Origin: Prasinococcaceae sp. CCMP 1430
Lineage: Eukaryota > Plantae > Prasinodermophyta
Direction of reading: 5' to 3'
Length of the DNA: 64,000 nucleotides
Assembly (NCBI GenBank): GCA_013416795.1
Contig: RQSC01001165.1
Coordinates: forward strand, 31,555 to 95,554
Below the pieces are notes generated by a model. The model searched no databases. It had not been told where the DNA came from and worked only from the letters and a program-made list of their open reading frames with translations. A program made the translations under genes and the position numbers. Shown piece by piece: positions 62,857 to 64,000 of the stretch. Position 1 is the first letter of the stretch, and every line of letters begins with the position of its first letter.

Positions 62857-64000
62857 ATGCCGTACGACACCACCGACGCGGGGGTGCGCTGGGCTTTAGA
62901 GCTCGCGCAGGCGGTCGTCGCGTGCGAATCTGTCCCTGAAACTCCAGCAACGGCAGCAGCTGCTACCAGACTGGGGGAGCATGGCCGCGCGGCCCTCGCG
63001 GGCATGATTTCCTGCGCTCCGGCCGGGGTGCAGCCGGTCGGAGAGCTGGCTGATCTCGCCCTCGTGTGCACGGTGCAGCCTGGCAACAGGCTGGCGTGCC
63101 GCGCATGCGTCTCAGGTATGTGGGCGCCAAGATGCTTCTCGCTAGCTAGCTAGCTTTCACACACACGCTTGCGTCTTCCTGCACTGTAATCGCACCCTTA
63201 GCAGCAGCAGCAGCAGCAGCTTCGATGCGATGCCGGCGACCTAACACGTGCAAGCGCGCGTGCACGCGCACCCACTCCATGCCATTGCCAGGCAAGGGGA
63301 TGAAGCTCGCGAGCCCGGCAGCGTTATGGCAACACTCCGCAAGCTTTGGGGACGACCAGCACAAGGCCATCCATGAGATGGTGCACCTGCTCGGGTGGGA
63401 GCAGGGTAGTGCGCGGTCTTTGATGTACGCGCGCGGGCCAGCCCCCGTGAGGGACGTGCCAGACGGTGGCGCGTCCGGCGCCTCCGCGTCCGAACCGGAC
63501 GACCCTGATGTGCGCGATCAGCTCAAGGAGTACGAGGCCAACCCCGCTGGAGGGCCAAGGCACGAAGCTCAGGCGGTCGCAAGACAGTGTGCTGATGGAA
63601 AGCTACAATGTCGCGCATGCTTCGGGGCCAGGGCGACCGTGAGCGGCCTGGTTGGGCTTCAGCAACATGCGTCTGCACCGAGGTTCGCCTCTTGTAGGCG
63701 CCATCGTGCGATAAAATTCTGGCTCGAGAGGGCAGGGTACTCACCGGGGTCGATTCGCGTCGAGCCCACAAGCAAGGCCAACCGGATTGTACTACCGCCA
63801 CCTCAGCAGCAGCCGACCACCAAGAGAGCGCGCACGTCTTCGCAAGGTCCAGCAACGCGCACGGAGTTGACTCTCTCGTCCAGCGGTCACGTGGTGTGGC
63901 CACCCGTTGTTGTTATCCACAATCTACCGACCAAAAGCTTCCCTTTGTTGATCGTCGACGCGGATGGGAGCCCGCATGACTTGGCGGTGCAGCCTTGGCA
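62857..64000 (+). CDS. SGS3-like protein: two zf-XS-like fingers followed by start of an XS domain; exons 62857-63115, 63292->64000 (runs off window)
   Basis: Translated by hand: LACRAC...LWQH...HKAIH..HLLGWE; LQCRAC...GLQQHA...RRHRA; HVVWPPVVVIHN. Intron GTATGT...CTAAC...CAG is phase-consistent. Confidence 0.8.

Noticed and set aside
4964-63291. Introner elements
   Set aside because: Intron bodies show no mutual similarity beyond the donor and CG tracts
1-64000. rRNA, tRNA or intact transposase/RT genes
   Set aside because: No recognisable motifs seen; a small tRNA could be missed without tRNAscan-SE

Overview
Gene-dense, very GC-rich (roughly 70% by eye) eukaryotic nuclear DNA with short spliceosomal introns, mostly GTGCG(C/T)...CAG. 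It carries plant/green-algal gene families (CbbY, DUF2358, B3, XS, APRL-like, EXA1-type GYF), which fits a prasinophyte-grade green alga (inference). About 30 protein-coding genes or fragments, five N-gaps and three single-N joins. No rRNA, tRNA, CRISPR array or intact transposase was seen. Several genes lack their expected 5' ends at head-to-head junctions, most likely because the assembly collapsed GC/CG-rich sequence. Best leads: (1) an MLKL-like four-helix bundle + WD40 + TKL kinase fusion (4727-8361); (2) an SGS3-like 2x zf-XS + XS protein at the right edge, absent from the supplied ORF track (62857->64000); (3) a p25alpha/TPPP + TM + SEA-like + extensin-like type II membrane protein (33666-36479); (4) a PH + bacterial-type Ig repeats + CH protein (52320-54419); (5) an ABCG stop codon 9 nt upstream of an in-frame SAP-protein ATG, a bicistronic/readthrough candidate. 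All domain calls come from motif recognition by eye and need HMM or structure confirmation.
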